From assembly GCA_017962025.1 (NCBI GenBank), contig JAGCWD010000083.1:5725-69724 (forward strand): a stretch of DNA of 64,000 nucleotides. The letters are read 5' to 3'. The notes under the pieces are model-generated. The model was not told the origin of the DNA and searched no databases. It saw only the letters and a list, made by a program, of their open reading frames with translations. The DNA is from Bacteroidales bacterium. GTDB taxonomy: Bacteria; Bacteroidota; Bacteroidia; Bacteroidales; UBA932. How positions within the stretch are numbered: the first letter of the stretch is position 1; every line of letters begins with the position of its first letter. Positions 15,678-23,580 of this stretch are shown here, in pieces. The position numbers were made by a program, and so were the translations under genes.

Positions 15678-18161
15678 ATGCCTAAAGCACTTTACATAGA
15701 TCCAGAAGTCACCCTGCGTCCCCAGGAACACGAACTCAAGCTCCCGGCCATCCCGGTGATGAAGTACAACAAGACCGTCAAGGAAGAGATCGAGAGCGGC
15801 CGTTTCACCAAGGAGGACCTTCTCCGCATTTTCCGTGACATGTCTTACATCCGCGAGTTCGAGACCATGCTCAACCTGGTCAAGACCACAGGAGGTTACA
15901 ATGGCGTTCCTTACAACAACCCCGGCCCTGCCCATCTATCAGCCGGTCAGGAAGCCGCTGCCGTCGGTATGGCCTATGCTCTTGACACTGACGACTTCAT
16001 ATTCGGAAGCCACCGCTCCCACGGCGAGATCCTGGCGAAGGGTCTCCGTTCGATCCAGATCCTTCCCGATGAGGAACTCAAGAAGGTTATGGATGAGTTC
16101 TGGGATGGTGCTACCGTGGCAGTAGCCAAGAAGGCATATTCAGGAACCGACACCAAGGAGTTGGGAATACGTTTCCTCCTCTACGGTGCAATGGCCGAGA
16201 TATTCGCCCGCACTACCGGTTTCAACAAGGGACTCGGTGGTTCGATGCACACCTTCTTCACTCCTTTCGGAATATATCCGAACAATGCGATCGTTGGTGG
16301 AAGCGGTTCCATCGCTGTGGGTGCCGCCCTCTTCAAGAAGGTCAACAGGAAGAAGGGTATCGTCGTAGCCAACCTCGGTGACGGTGCAATGGCCCGCGGT
16401 CCAGTGCTCGAAGGAATGACCTTCGCTTCAATGGACCAGGTCAACACCCTCTGGGAGGGTGACATGAAGGGTGGCCTGCCCGTCCTCTTCAATGTCATGG
16501 ACAACCAGTATGCAATGGGTGGCCAGACCAAGGGAGAGACCATGGGCTATACCTTCCCAGCACGTCTCGGCGCAGGTTTCAAGGCTGATGCCATGGACGC
16601 TGAGAGGGTTGACGGCTACAATCCTCTTGCAGTTATAGATGCCTTCTACCGCAAGAAGGCTTACCTCCTCGAGAAGAAGGGACCGGCCCTCCTGGATGTA
16701 GTGACCTACCGTTACAGCGGCCATTCCCCATCCGACCAGAGCTCCTACCGTACCAAGGAAGAGATCGAGGCCTGGGAGAAAGAAGACTGCATCGTAGCAT
16801 TCGGAAAGAAACTCATCGAGGCCGGAGTGGCCGATCAGGCAGCCCTTGACGCTATCCGCACCGAGGTTAACGCCAATATCTTCGAGTGCTACAAGCTTGC
16901 TATCGACGAGGAAATCTCTCCGAGGATGGATCTTGTGAAGCAGGATGAGCTTCTTGGCGAGATGATGTTCTCCAACCAGAGCATAGATTCCCTTTCTGAC
17001 GCAAAACCCGACGTACTGATGCCTATGGAGGATAATCCCCGAGTAAAACAGATTGCCGGAAAGGAGCGTTTCTGGCTTGGAAAGGACGGCAAGCCTGCCA
17101 GCAGCATGAAGGCATACAACTTCCGCGACGGAGTTTTCGAAGCTATAGTGGATCGCTTCTACAAAGATGCTTCCCTTATCGCCTATGGTGAGGAGAACCG
17201 CGAGTGGGGCGGTGCCTTCGCAGTTTATCGTGGACTGACTGAAGCCCTTCCTTATCACCGTCTGTTCAACTCTCCGATTGCCGAGGCTGCCATCATCGGT
17301 ACCGCTATCGGTTACGCGATGTGCGGTGGCCGTGTCATTCCTGAGATAATGTACTGCGACTTCCTCGGTTGCTGCGGCGACGAGATATTCAACCAGCTTC
17401 CTAAGTGGCAGGCCATGTCCGGCAACATCCTCAAGATGCCTGTGGTCGTGCGCGTTTCCGTCGGTTCCAAGTATGGTGCCCAGCACAGTCAGGACTGGAC
17501 AAGTCTCTGTACACATATTCCCGGACTGAAGGTTTGCTTCCCCGCGACTCCTTACGATGCCAAGGGTTTGATGAACGCTGCATTGCAGGGTACCGACCCT
17601 GTGATCTTCTTCGAGAGCCAGCGTCTCTACGGCATTGCCGAGAAGTTCCACGAAGGCGGAGTTCCGGAAGGCTACTATGAGATTCCTTTCGGAGAACCGG
17701 ACATCAAACGCGCCGGGAAGGATGTCACCATCCTTACAATCGGTGCTACCCTTTACAGGGCTTTTGAGGCTGCTGACATCCTGAAGGAGAAGTACGGAAT
17801 GGAGGCCGAGGTCATAGACGCCCGGTCCCTTGTCCCGTTCAATTACGACAAGGTGATCGAGTCAGTCAAGAAGACGGGCCGTATCATCATCGCTGGAGAT
17901 GCATGCGCCCGCGGATCCTACCTAAACGACCTCGCTGCCAATATCTCGGAGATGGCATTCGACTATCTGGATGCAGCACCCGTAGTCCTCGGTTCCCGCA
18001 ACTGGATCACTCCTTGTCATGAACTTGAGGAGGCCTTCTTCCCTCAGCCGTCCTGGTTCCTCGACGCTATCCACGAGAAGATCGTCCCTCTCAAGGACTA
18101 TGTTCCCACAAGCAACCAGACCATCGCCCAGATGCGTCTGCATGCCCGTAAAGGTATTTAA
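15678..18161 (+). CDS. Fused E1 alpha/beta ThDP-dependent dehydrogenase (AcoAB/PdhAB-like)
   Basis: Alpha: HLSAGQEA, HRSHG, GGSMH, GDGA...DNQY, YRYSGHS; beta: NSPIAE, EIMYCDF, GAQHSQ, IDARSL. Confidence 0.92.
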   Translation: MPKALYIDPEVTLRPQEHELKLPAIPVMKYNKTVKEEIESGRFTKEDLLRIFRDMSYIREFETMLNLVKTTGGYNGVPYNNPGPAHLSAGQEAAAVGMAYALDTDDFIFGSHRSHGEILAKGLRSIQILPDEELKKVMDEFWDGATVAVAKKAYSGTDTKELGIRFLLYGAMAEIFARTTGFNKGLGGSMHTFFTPFGIYPNNAIVGGSGSIAVGAALFKKVNRKKGIVVANLGDGAMARGPVLEGMTFASMDQVNTLWEGDMKGGLPVLFNVMDNQYAMGGQTKGETMGYTFPARLGAGFKADAMDAERVDGYNPLAVIDAFYRKKAYLLEKKGPALLDVVTYRYSGHSPSDQSSYRTKEEIEAWEKEDCIVAFGKKLIEAGVADQAALDAIRTEVNANIFECYKLAIDEEISPRMDLVKQDELLGEMMFSNQSIDSLSDAKPDVLMPMEDNPRVKQIAGKERFWLGKDGKPASSMKAYNFRDGVFEAIVDRFYKDASLIAYGEENREWGGAFAVYRGLTEALPYHRLFNSPIAEAAIIGTAIGYAMCGGRVIPEIMYCDFLGCCGDEIFNQLPKWQAMSGNILKMPVVVRVSVGSKYGAQHSQDWTSLCTHIPGLKVCFPATPYDAKGLMNAALQGTDPVIFFESQRLYGIAEKFHEGGVPEGYYEIPFGEPDIKRAGKDVTILTIGATLYRAFEAADILKEKYGMEAEVIDARSLVPFNYDKVIESVKKTGRIIIAGDACARGSYLNDLAANISEMAFDYLDAAPVVLGSRNWITPCHELEEAFFPQPSWFLDAIHEKIVPLKDYVPTSNQTIAQMRLHARKGI

Positions 18162-18176
18162 TCCTTCATGATGATG

Positions 18177-18296
18177 GACAGCCCCTTTCCATTTCCGAAC
18201 CGTCTCGCTGCGCTCGACCCCACCGTTCGCTGCGCTCCGGTCCCCCCTCTTAACGTGCCGAGGGTGGCAGTGGTTCTGAAACGGAAAGGGGCTGTC
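18177..18296 (-). repeat. Structured palindromic repeat, copy B (intergenic)
   Basis: 25-bp terminal stem (18177-18201 / 18272-18296, 2 mismatches); core is the reverse complement of the copy A core. Confidence 0.9.
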
Positions 18297-18327
18297 ATCG
18301 AAGAAATTGAAACAAAATAATCAGAAT

Positions 18328-19605
18328 ATGAAGACAAAAGCGGTACGCCTTTACGGCAAGGAAGACCTGAGGCTTGAGGAGTTCGAACTTCCTGAGATGA
18401 AGGAAGACGAAATTCTGGCCAAGGTAGTAAGCGACAGCATCTGCATGTCGTCCTATAAATCCTCCCATCAGGGAACGGACCACAAAAGGGTCCCCAATGA
18501 CATCGCAGAGAATCCTACGATCATCGGTCACGAATTCGCAGGAGTCATTGAGAAAGTCGGTTCGAAATGGAAGGACCAGTTCAAGCCCGGAGACAAGTTC
18601 TCCATTCAGCCTGCCATCAACTTTCCCGGAGGACCGGTCGGTGTGCTTTCTTCTCCCGGTTATTCCTACAAATACTCCGGAGGAGATGCGACTTATATCA
18701 TTATTCCTGCCGAGGTTATGGAGCAAGGCTGCCTTTTGCCTTACAACGGCCCTGGATTCTATCCTGCTTCATTGAGCGAACCCCTATCCTGTGTAATCGG
18801 TGCGATGCACGCATGCTACCACACCACCCCAGGATCCTATGTACATCAGATGGAGATTAAAGACGGAGGAAAGATGGCGCTGCTCGCAGGTGTCGGACCC
18901 ATGGGTCTTGCCATGATCAACTATGTCCTTCATCGTGAAGACCGTCGCCCTTCGCTCTTTGTGGTAACCGACATTGATCAGGCCCGCCTTGACAGGGCTG
19001 CGTCCCTTTACACCAAGGAATATGCTGCATCAAGGGGAGTCGATCTCCGCTATGTCAACACCGGTTCTGTCGAGAATCCTGCTGCATTCCTGCGTGAGAT
19101 CTCCGGGGGAACCGGCTACGACGAGGTTGTGGTCATGGCCCCTGTTCCCTCTGTCGTTGAACAGGGAGACGATATCCTCGGACAGGACGGTTGCCTCAAC
19201 TTCTTCTCCGGTCCGAGCAAGGCTGATTTCAAGGCACCGCTAAATTTCTACAATGTCCATTATGCTGCTACCCACATAGTTGGCACCAGCGGCGGAAATA
19301 CCGAGGACATGAAAGAAGCCCTCGACCTCATGGGTAAAGGAATGGATCCTGCCGGTCTTGTGACTCACATCGGTGGACTCAACGTTGTTCCTGAGACCAC
19401 TCTTCATCTCCCGGAAATCAAGGGAGGTAAGAAACTGATCTACACACATGTGGAGATGCCTCTGACTGCTATTACAGAGTTTGAGGAGAAGGGAAAGACC
19501 AACCCGGTCTATGCCGAACTCGACCGTCTCTGCAAGGCCAACAACGGTCTCTGGAACGTTGAAGCAGAAGAATATCTTCTCAGCCACGCCGACCAGCTGG
19601 CATAG
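18328..19605 (+). CDS. Zn-dependent MDR dehydrogenase, L-sorbose-1-phosphate reductase (SorE/YggP)-like
   Basis: MKTKAVRLYGKEDLRLEEFELP, SICMSS, GHEF, LSEPLSC, GVGPMG, VTDID; no structural-Zn Cys4 loop. Confidence 0.85.
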   Translation: MKTKAVRLYGKEDLRLEEFELPEMKEDEILAKVVSDSICMSSYKSSHQGTDHKRVPNDIAENPTIIGHEFAGVIEKVGSKWKDQFKPGDKFSIQPAINFPGGPVGVLSSPGYSYKYSGGDATYIIIPAEVMEQGCLLPYNGPGFYPASLSEPLSCVIGAMHACYHTTPGSYVHQMEIKDGGKMALLAGVGPMGLAMINYVLHREDRRPSLFVVTDIDQARLDRAASLYTKEYAASRGVDLRYVNTGSVENPAAFLREISGGTGYDEVVVMAPVPSVVEQGDDILGQDGCLNFFSGPSKADFKAPLNFYNVHYAATHIVGTSGGNTEDMKEALDLMGKGMDPAGLVTHIGGLNVVPETTLHLPEIKGGKKLIYTHVEMPLTAITEFEEKGKTNPVYAELDRLCKANNGLWNVEAEEYLLSHADQLA

Positions 19606-19624
19606 CCTTGATAGATGTTTTATT

Positions 19625-19658
19625 AAATGACCCGGGCTGCCTGCCCGGGTCATTTTTT
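19625..19658. terminator. Intrinsic terminator between convergent genes
   Basis: AAATGACCCGGGC-TGCCT-GCCCGGGTCATTTTTT hairpin with T tract. Confidence 0.9.
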
Positions 19659-19692
19659 ACCTTGTATTACAGAGACAAAACAGTGCTGAATA

Positions 19693-20088
19693 TCAATCAG
19701 TTGATTGATTATCTCCGGCGTTTTTCGATGGTGGTAAAAGACGTAACTTGTTAATATTCAATAAGGAATCGCATCCGAGAAAAATGGAGATTAACGTAAC
19801 AGAGATTGATGCGAAAATTGCGATGTACAGTTTCCATTCCCCAACGAATGTACGTATGCTGTCCATAGGGGCCAGGAGGATGAATGCCGTGATAAGGCAT
19901 CCTGTCACCATGCCTATGAGCAGGGTAACTGACATGGTAATGTGTCCGAGCCTCCGTTGACGGTCAACTTCATACTTGATTCCTTCAACGGCATTCAGCC
20001 TTTGCCTGACTTCCAGCAGGAAGGCCGGATCATCCTTGACAAGAGGCCTGTTTTCCCGGAGGAGCTTCTCTAATTCAATATCATTCAT
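19693..20088 (-). CDS. Membrane protein, probable anti-sigma factor
   Basis: Overlaps the stop of the ECF sigma gene; soluble N-terminus plus two hydrophobic helices. Confidence 0.6.
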   Translation of the reverse strand: MNDIELEKLLRENRPLVKDDPAFLLEVRQRLNAVEGIKYEVDRQRRLGHITMSVTLLIGMVTGCLITAFILLAPMDSIRTFVGEWKLYIAIFASISVTLISIFLGCDSLLNINKLRLLPPSKNAGDNQSTD

Positions 20089-20570
20089 AGGCTTAAATGC
20101 TCTTTAAGATGTTGTCTCCCTATTGAGAGATGATACTTGACTGTTCCCGAAGGGATGCCAAGGATTGATGCGATTTCCTTTATGCTCCGGTCTTCGAAAT
20201 AGAACAGGATTATAACTGTTCTTTCTTTTTCCGAGAGCTTGTCTAAGGCTTGGTAGAGCTGCTGGAACCGGAAAGATACATCGGAGGTATTCCTGTCCTC
20301 GAGGTTTAATGCTTCGTGTCCATCGATTGGGGCTTGTCCGGGATGCTTCTTCCTGCGATGGTCAACATAGCAGTTGTAGGCAATCCTGAAGAGCCAGGTA
20401 CGGAATGAGGAGAGCCCCATGAAAGATCCCGAAGCTACATAAGCTCTCATGAGGGTGTCTTGGGCGATGTCATCGGCTTGGGCGGAATCACCGCTGCACA
20501 AGGCAAGCAGGAACCGTCTCAGGGGTTCCTGCTCCACTCTGACCAGGTCGATGAACCGCTTCTCAGTCAT
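20085..20570 (-). CDS. ECF-type sigma-70 factor
   Basis: ADDIAQDT, FRTWLFRIAYN, region 4 IKEIASILGIPSGTVKYHL. Confidence 0.93.
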   Translation of the reverse strand: MTEKRFIDLVRVEQEPLRRFLLALCSGDSAQADDIAQDTLMRAYVASGSFMGLSSFRTWLFRIAYNCYVDHRRKKHPGQAPIDGHEALNLEDRNTSDVSFRFQQLYQALDKLSEKERTVIILFYFEDRSIKEIASILGIPSGTVKYHLSIGRQHLKEHLSL

Positions 20571-21028
20571 TGCTCCTTGGGCGTCTCCAGTGCTTTTTCC
20601 TCTTTCTCAATCTCCTTGGCAAGAGTCTTTTTTCTGATAAAGTAAACTACAAGCAGTGCGGCTCCAACAGCAAACAGAATTCCCCCGAAATACGGTAACA
20701 GAATCATTACTGAGGGCCCGGTCTCATAAGTATAATTGTTTACAAGGCAGAAAACTATCCCGAGAATGATTAAGCATAATCCCAAGCCGATAAGGATGCA
20801 GGCTGCCGTCAAATAACCAAGAAGTCTTTCCTTGATGCTCTTCTTCCTAAAGGTTTGAGTTTGTGTTTTAAAGAGGTCATGGTCTAAAGGTGTGCCCGTC
20901 TCGATGGCCTTCAGCATTATTTCGGCCATCTTGTTGGTTTCATTCAGTTTTGTCCTCATTACCAGCCAGACGATAGCAATCGGCATTACTACGCACATGA
21001 AAAGGGGGAGGATAATGTCTTCCATCAT
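20567..21028 (-). CDS. Membrane protein (DUF6249-like), first gene of the ECF operon
   Basis: CVVMPIAIVW...IMLKAIETG pattern, 3 hydrophobic segments, 4-nt overlap with the sigma gene. Confidence 0.65.
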   Translation of the reverse strand: MMEDIILPLFMCVVMPIAIVWLVMRTKLNETNKMAEIMLKAIETGTPLDHDLFKTQTQTFRKKSIKERLLGYLTAACILIGLGLCLIILGIVFCLVNNYTYETGPSVMILLPYFGGILFAVGAALLVVYFIRKKTLAKEIEKEEKALETPKEQ

Positions 21029-21079
21029 AATATTGAAATTTGTGATTAACAATTACCGCAATCAGGGCGGTTACATATG

Positions 21080-21109
21080 TTAGACGGAGAAACTGTCTGA
21101 AAGGTTGGG
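21080..21109 (-). promoter_or_regulatory. Putative ECF-dependent (autoregulatory) promoter
   Basis: Minus strand reads CCAAC-N17-CGTCTAA, the AAC/CGT architecture typical of ECF promoters. Confidence 0.6.
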
Positions 21110-21115
21110 AAAATC

Positions 21116-22102
21116 TTAATGTAATAGCAAGTCAAGAATCGTTGCGGAAGCAGTGTCCCGGAAGCAGCGGGAGACAGTGGCGTCATTCAGGACGCGGGAA
21201 AGGGCGGCACGTTCGAAGCGGCATCCGGTCAATTTGGATTCCAACTCCGTCACAGGTTCATCAAACAGGAAGTCTCCGCTGAAAGAAATGGAGGTGATAA
21301 GGCCATGGTCCAGATTGATGGCGGCCTCGACCGTTCCGCAGGGTAGTTTGGCCTTCCGGACGAATCCGGTCTGCCGAGAGCGGCCGTAGATGAAATCCCA
21401 GGTGGCGAACTTCTCATCAGCCATCTTTTGTACTTCTGTGAACTGGTCTTCGGACAGTTCGATAATCCCTTCACCATCGGCAAGTATCTCCTGGAGAGCA
21501 GACTGCAGTTCATCCAGAGTACTGAAGCCGGGAAGATATTCCTTGAGATTGGCAACCCTGCTTCTGACGGAACCTATTCCTTTGGCCTGAAGCTTCGATT
21601 CAGGGGTGTCCAGGACATGTGTCAGTGTCTCCAGATCCACGTCGTACATGAGGGTGCCGTGGATAATTTCCTGGCATCCGTAAACCCTTCTGGCGTACCC
21701 GGAGACTTTGCGTCCTTCTACGAATATGTCGTTGCGGCCGGAAAGTTCAGCAGGAACGCCAAGCCGGCGCAGGGCGTCGATAATCGGCTGGGGCGTAAGA
21801 CCCGGCCCTTCGGCAGGCTTAGTAACTGGAGAGGATTTCCCTACGATAGTGTAGTTCAGGTTCTGCAGGTCGTGATAGACAGCACCGCCACCGGTGACCC
21901 GGCGGACAAGGTTGATACCGTTAGCCCGTAGATAGGGGAGGTTGACTTCAGAATAAGCATTCTGGTTAAGGCCGATAATCACGGATGGCCGGTTCCTCCA
22001 CAGATAGAAATACGGCTCCTCCATGACGATGTTCTCAAGGCAGAACTCGTCCAGGGCCATATTGAAATATGGATCCGTTGAACTATTCAGAAGGTATTTC
22101 AT
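21116..22102 (-). CDS. lplA: Lipoate-protein ligase A
   Basis: DPYFNMALDE, IIGLNQN, RRVTGGGAVYHD, GRNDI...KVSG, HGTL, SVRSRV. Confidence 0.95.
   Translation of the reverse strand: MKYLLNSSTDPYFNMALDEFCLENIVMEEPYFYLWRNRPSVIIGLNQNAYSEVNLPYLRANGINLVRRVTGGGAVYHDLQNLNYTIVGKSSPVTKPAEGPGLTPQPIIDALRRLGVPAELSGRNDIFVEGRKVSGYARRVYGCQEIIHGTLMYDVDLETLTHVLDTPESKLQAKGIGSVRSRVANLKEYLPGFSTLDELQSALQEILADGEGIIELSEDQFTEVQKMADEKFATWDFIYGRSRQTGFVRKAKLPCGTVEAAINLDHGLITSISFSGDFLFDEPVTELESKLTGCRFERAALSRVLNDATVSRCFRDTASATILDLLLH
21802..21829 (-). repeat. Degenerate REP-like half element in frame within lplA
   Basis: CCAGTTACTAAGCCTGCCGAAGGGCCGG (PVTKPAEGP) resembles the CTGAGCCTGTCGAAG-type REP, recalled from Bacteroidetes genomes. 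Confidence 0.4.
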
Positions 22103-22661
22103 CGAGGATTACCGGTAGTAAATACTTCTTGATCTGGGGGAAATTGGGAAGATGGGTCCCCGGGTAGCGATGGCCGCGGTCCGGGTAATGGAGGAGGAAT
22201 TCTCCGAAGCAGTCCACCATCTCGTCATGGTCTGCGAACATACCGTAGGTCAAAGATATCTCACCAATCTCCAGGGATTCGAACTGGGTCTTTTCCAGGG
22301 CCTCATAGGCGTTGCAGATCTCATCAGTAATGGAAAAAGAGGTTGCACCGTCCTGCCGGGGGGAAAGGTATTCCATTACACCTGTCTTTGTCCTCAACAG
22401 CCGTGATGGATGCAGGTCCGGATTAACTAGCAATTTGCGGAAACCTCTGAGTTTCTGCGCCCAGAAACCTCCGAGGGAAAGGCCGACTATGAGGTCCGGC
22501 TTTTCACGTGAACATATTCCTTGAAGAAGGGCCAGGGCATCCGATGGCTTGATGGGAACGTCAGGGGAGATCACCTCGCTTCCTTTCAGGAGGATCCTGA
22601 GGGATGAGGCCATCTTGTAGGCACCGGACGAGGCGAGTCCGTGTATGAACAGGACCTTCAT
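22083..22661 (-). CDS. YqiA/YcfP-family alpha/beta hydrolase (esterase)
   Basis: FIHGLASS, nucleophile elbow GLSLGG, LVNP, GTH. Confidence 0.85.
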   Translation of the reverse strand: MKVLFIHGLASSGAYKMASSLRILLKGSEVISPDVPIKPSDALALLQGICSREKPDLIVGLSLGGFWAQKLRGFRKLLVNPDLHPSRLLRTKTGVMEYLSPRQDGATSFSITDEICNAYEALEKTQFESLEIGEISLTYGMFADHDEMVDCFGEFLLHYPDRGHRYPGTHLPNFPQIKKYLLPVILDEIPSE

Positions 22662-23522
22662 CTATGAACGGTGGCTTTCGAGGATAAGGTCTCCGAGTTC
22701 CTTCAGGTCCCTGACTATGAAGTCGGCGGTGCCGGCTTCCAGTGCAGTTTCAAGGGTAGTCTCACCGGATAGGACCAGGACGCTGACCGCTCCCGCCCTG
22801 CGGCCCATCTCGATGTCTGTGTAGATCCTGTCGCCGACCATCGCGATTTCTTCGGGCATCAGCCCATGACGGTCACGGATGCCATCCAGCATAGTAGGAT
22901 CCGGTTTGCCCATCACCTTGTCCGGCTTCCTGCCGGTAGCGGCCTCGATACATTTCTGGAGGGAGCCGCAGTCAACGAGGATGGTCTCGGCATCAGTAGG
23001 ACAGACCCAATCGGGATTGGTGGCAATGTAGGGGATTCCCTGCTTCGCCCACCATGCAGCCCTGCAGAGCCTTGAATACACCAGGGTGGTATCGAAGGCT
23101 ACTATCAGCATGTCCGGCCTGTCGGAAGGGTCGTCCTCGCAGGAGATGAACCCGGCTTCCACGAACTGCTCACGCATACTGGGAGTTCCTAACATGAATA
23201 GGCGCTTGACTTCCGGATAGGCCTTCTTTATGTAGTCGATGGTCGCTATGGGAGTGGTGTACATATCCTCGAAGGCGCAGTCAATTCCCATCCTGGCCAG
23301 TTTTGCCACATAGTCCCCAACGGATTTCGTGGGATTGTTGGTGAGGAAGGAATGTCCGACACCATCTGCCTTCAAGGCGCCCAAAGTTGGGATGGTGAAT
23401 GGGAATATGTTGTTCTCCATGTAGATAGTCCCATCCATATCGAGGGCAAGATGCCTTATTTTGCGGAGTTTTTCTTTCTGGGAAGGGGTCAGTACCTTGT
23501 TGTAGTTGTCTTCATTAACCAT
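22662..23522 (-). CDS. HAD-IIA (NagD-like) phosphatase
   Basis: DMDGT, LTNN, ATNPD, GKP, VGDRIYTDI, VLSGET. Confidence 0.92.
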   Translation of the reverse strand: MVNEDNYNKVLTPSQKEKLRKIRHLALDMDGTIYMENNIFPFTIPTLGALKADGVGHSFLTNNPTKSVGDYVAKLARMGIDCAFEDMYTTPIATIDYIKKAYPEVKRLFMLGTPSMREQFVEAGFISCEDDPSDRPDMLIVAFDTTLVYSRLCRAAWWAKQGIPYIATNPDWVCPTDAETILVDCGSLQKCIEAATGRKPDKVMGKPDPTMLDGIRDRHGLMPEEIAMVGDRIYTDIEMGRRAGAVSVLVLSGETTLETALEAGTADFIVRDLKELGDLILESHRS

Positions 23523-23580
23523 AATACACAAATTTACTAAATATCTTCAATTTGATACTGGATTTCGCTATATTTGTGTT

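Noticed and set aside
16428-17651. 407-aa antisense ORF, and similar long shadow ORFs at 6038-7015, 12970-14064, 29204-30610, 33388-34815 and 56755-57966
   Set aside because: They lie opposite well-supported genes, have no recognisable motifs, and are expected from biased codon usage
18177-18296. Copy B as a simple intrinsic terminator
   Set aside because: Too long, branched, lacks a U tract, and shares its core with a copy inside a CDS
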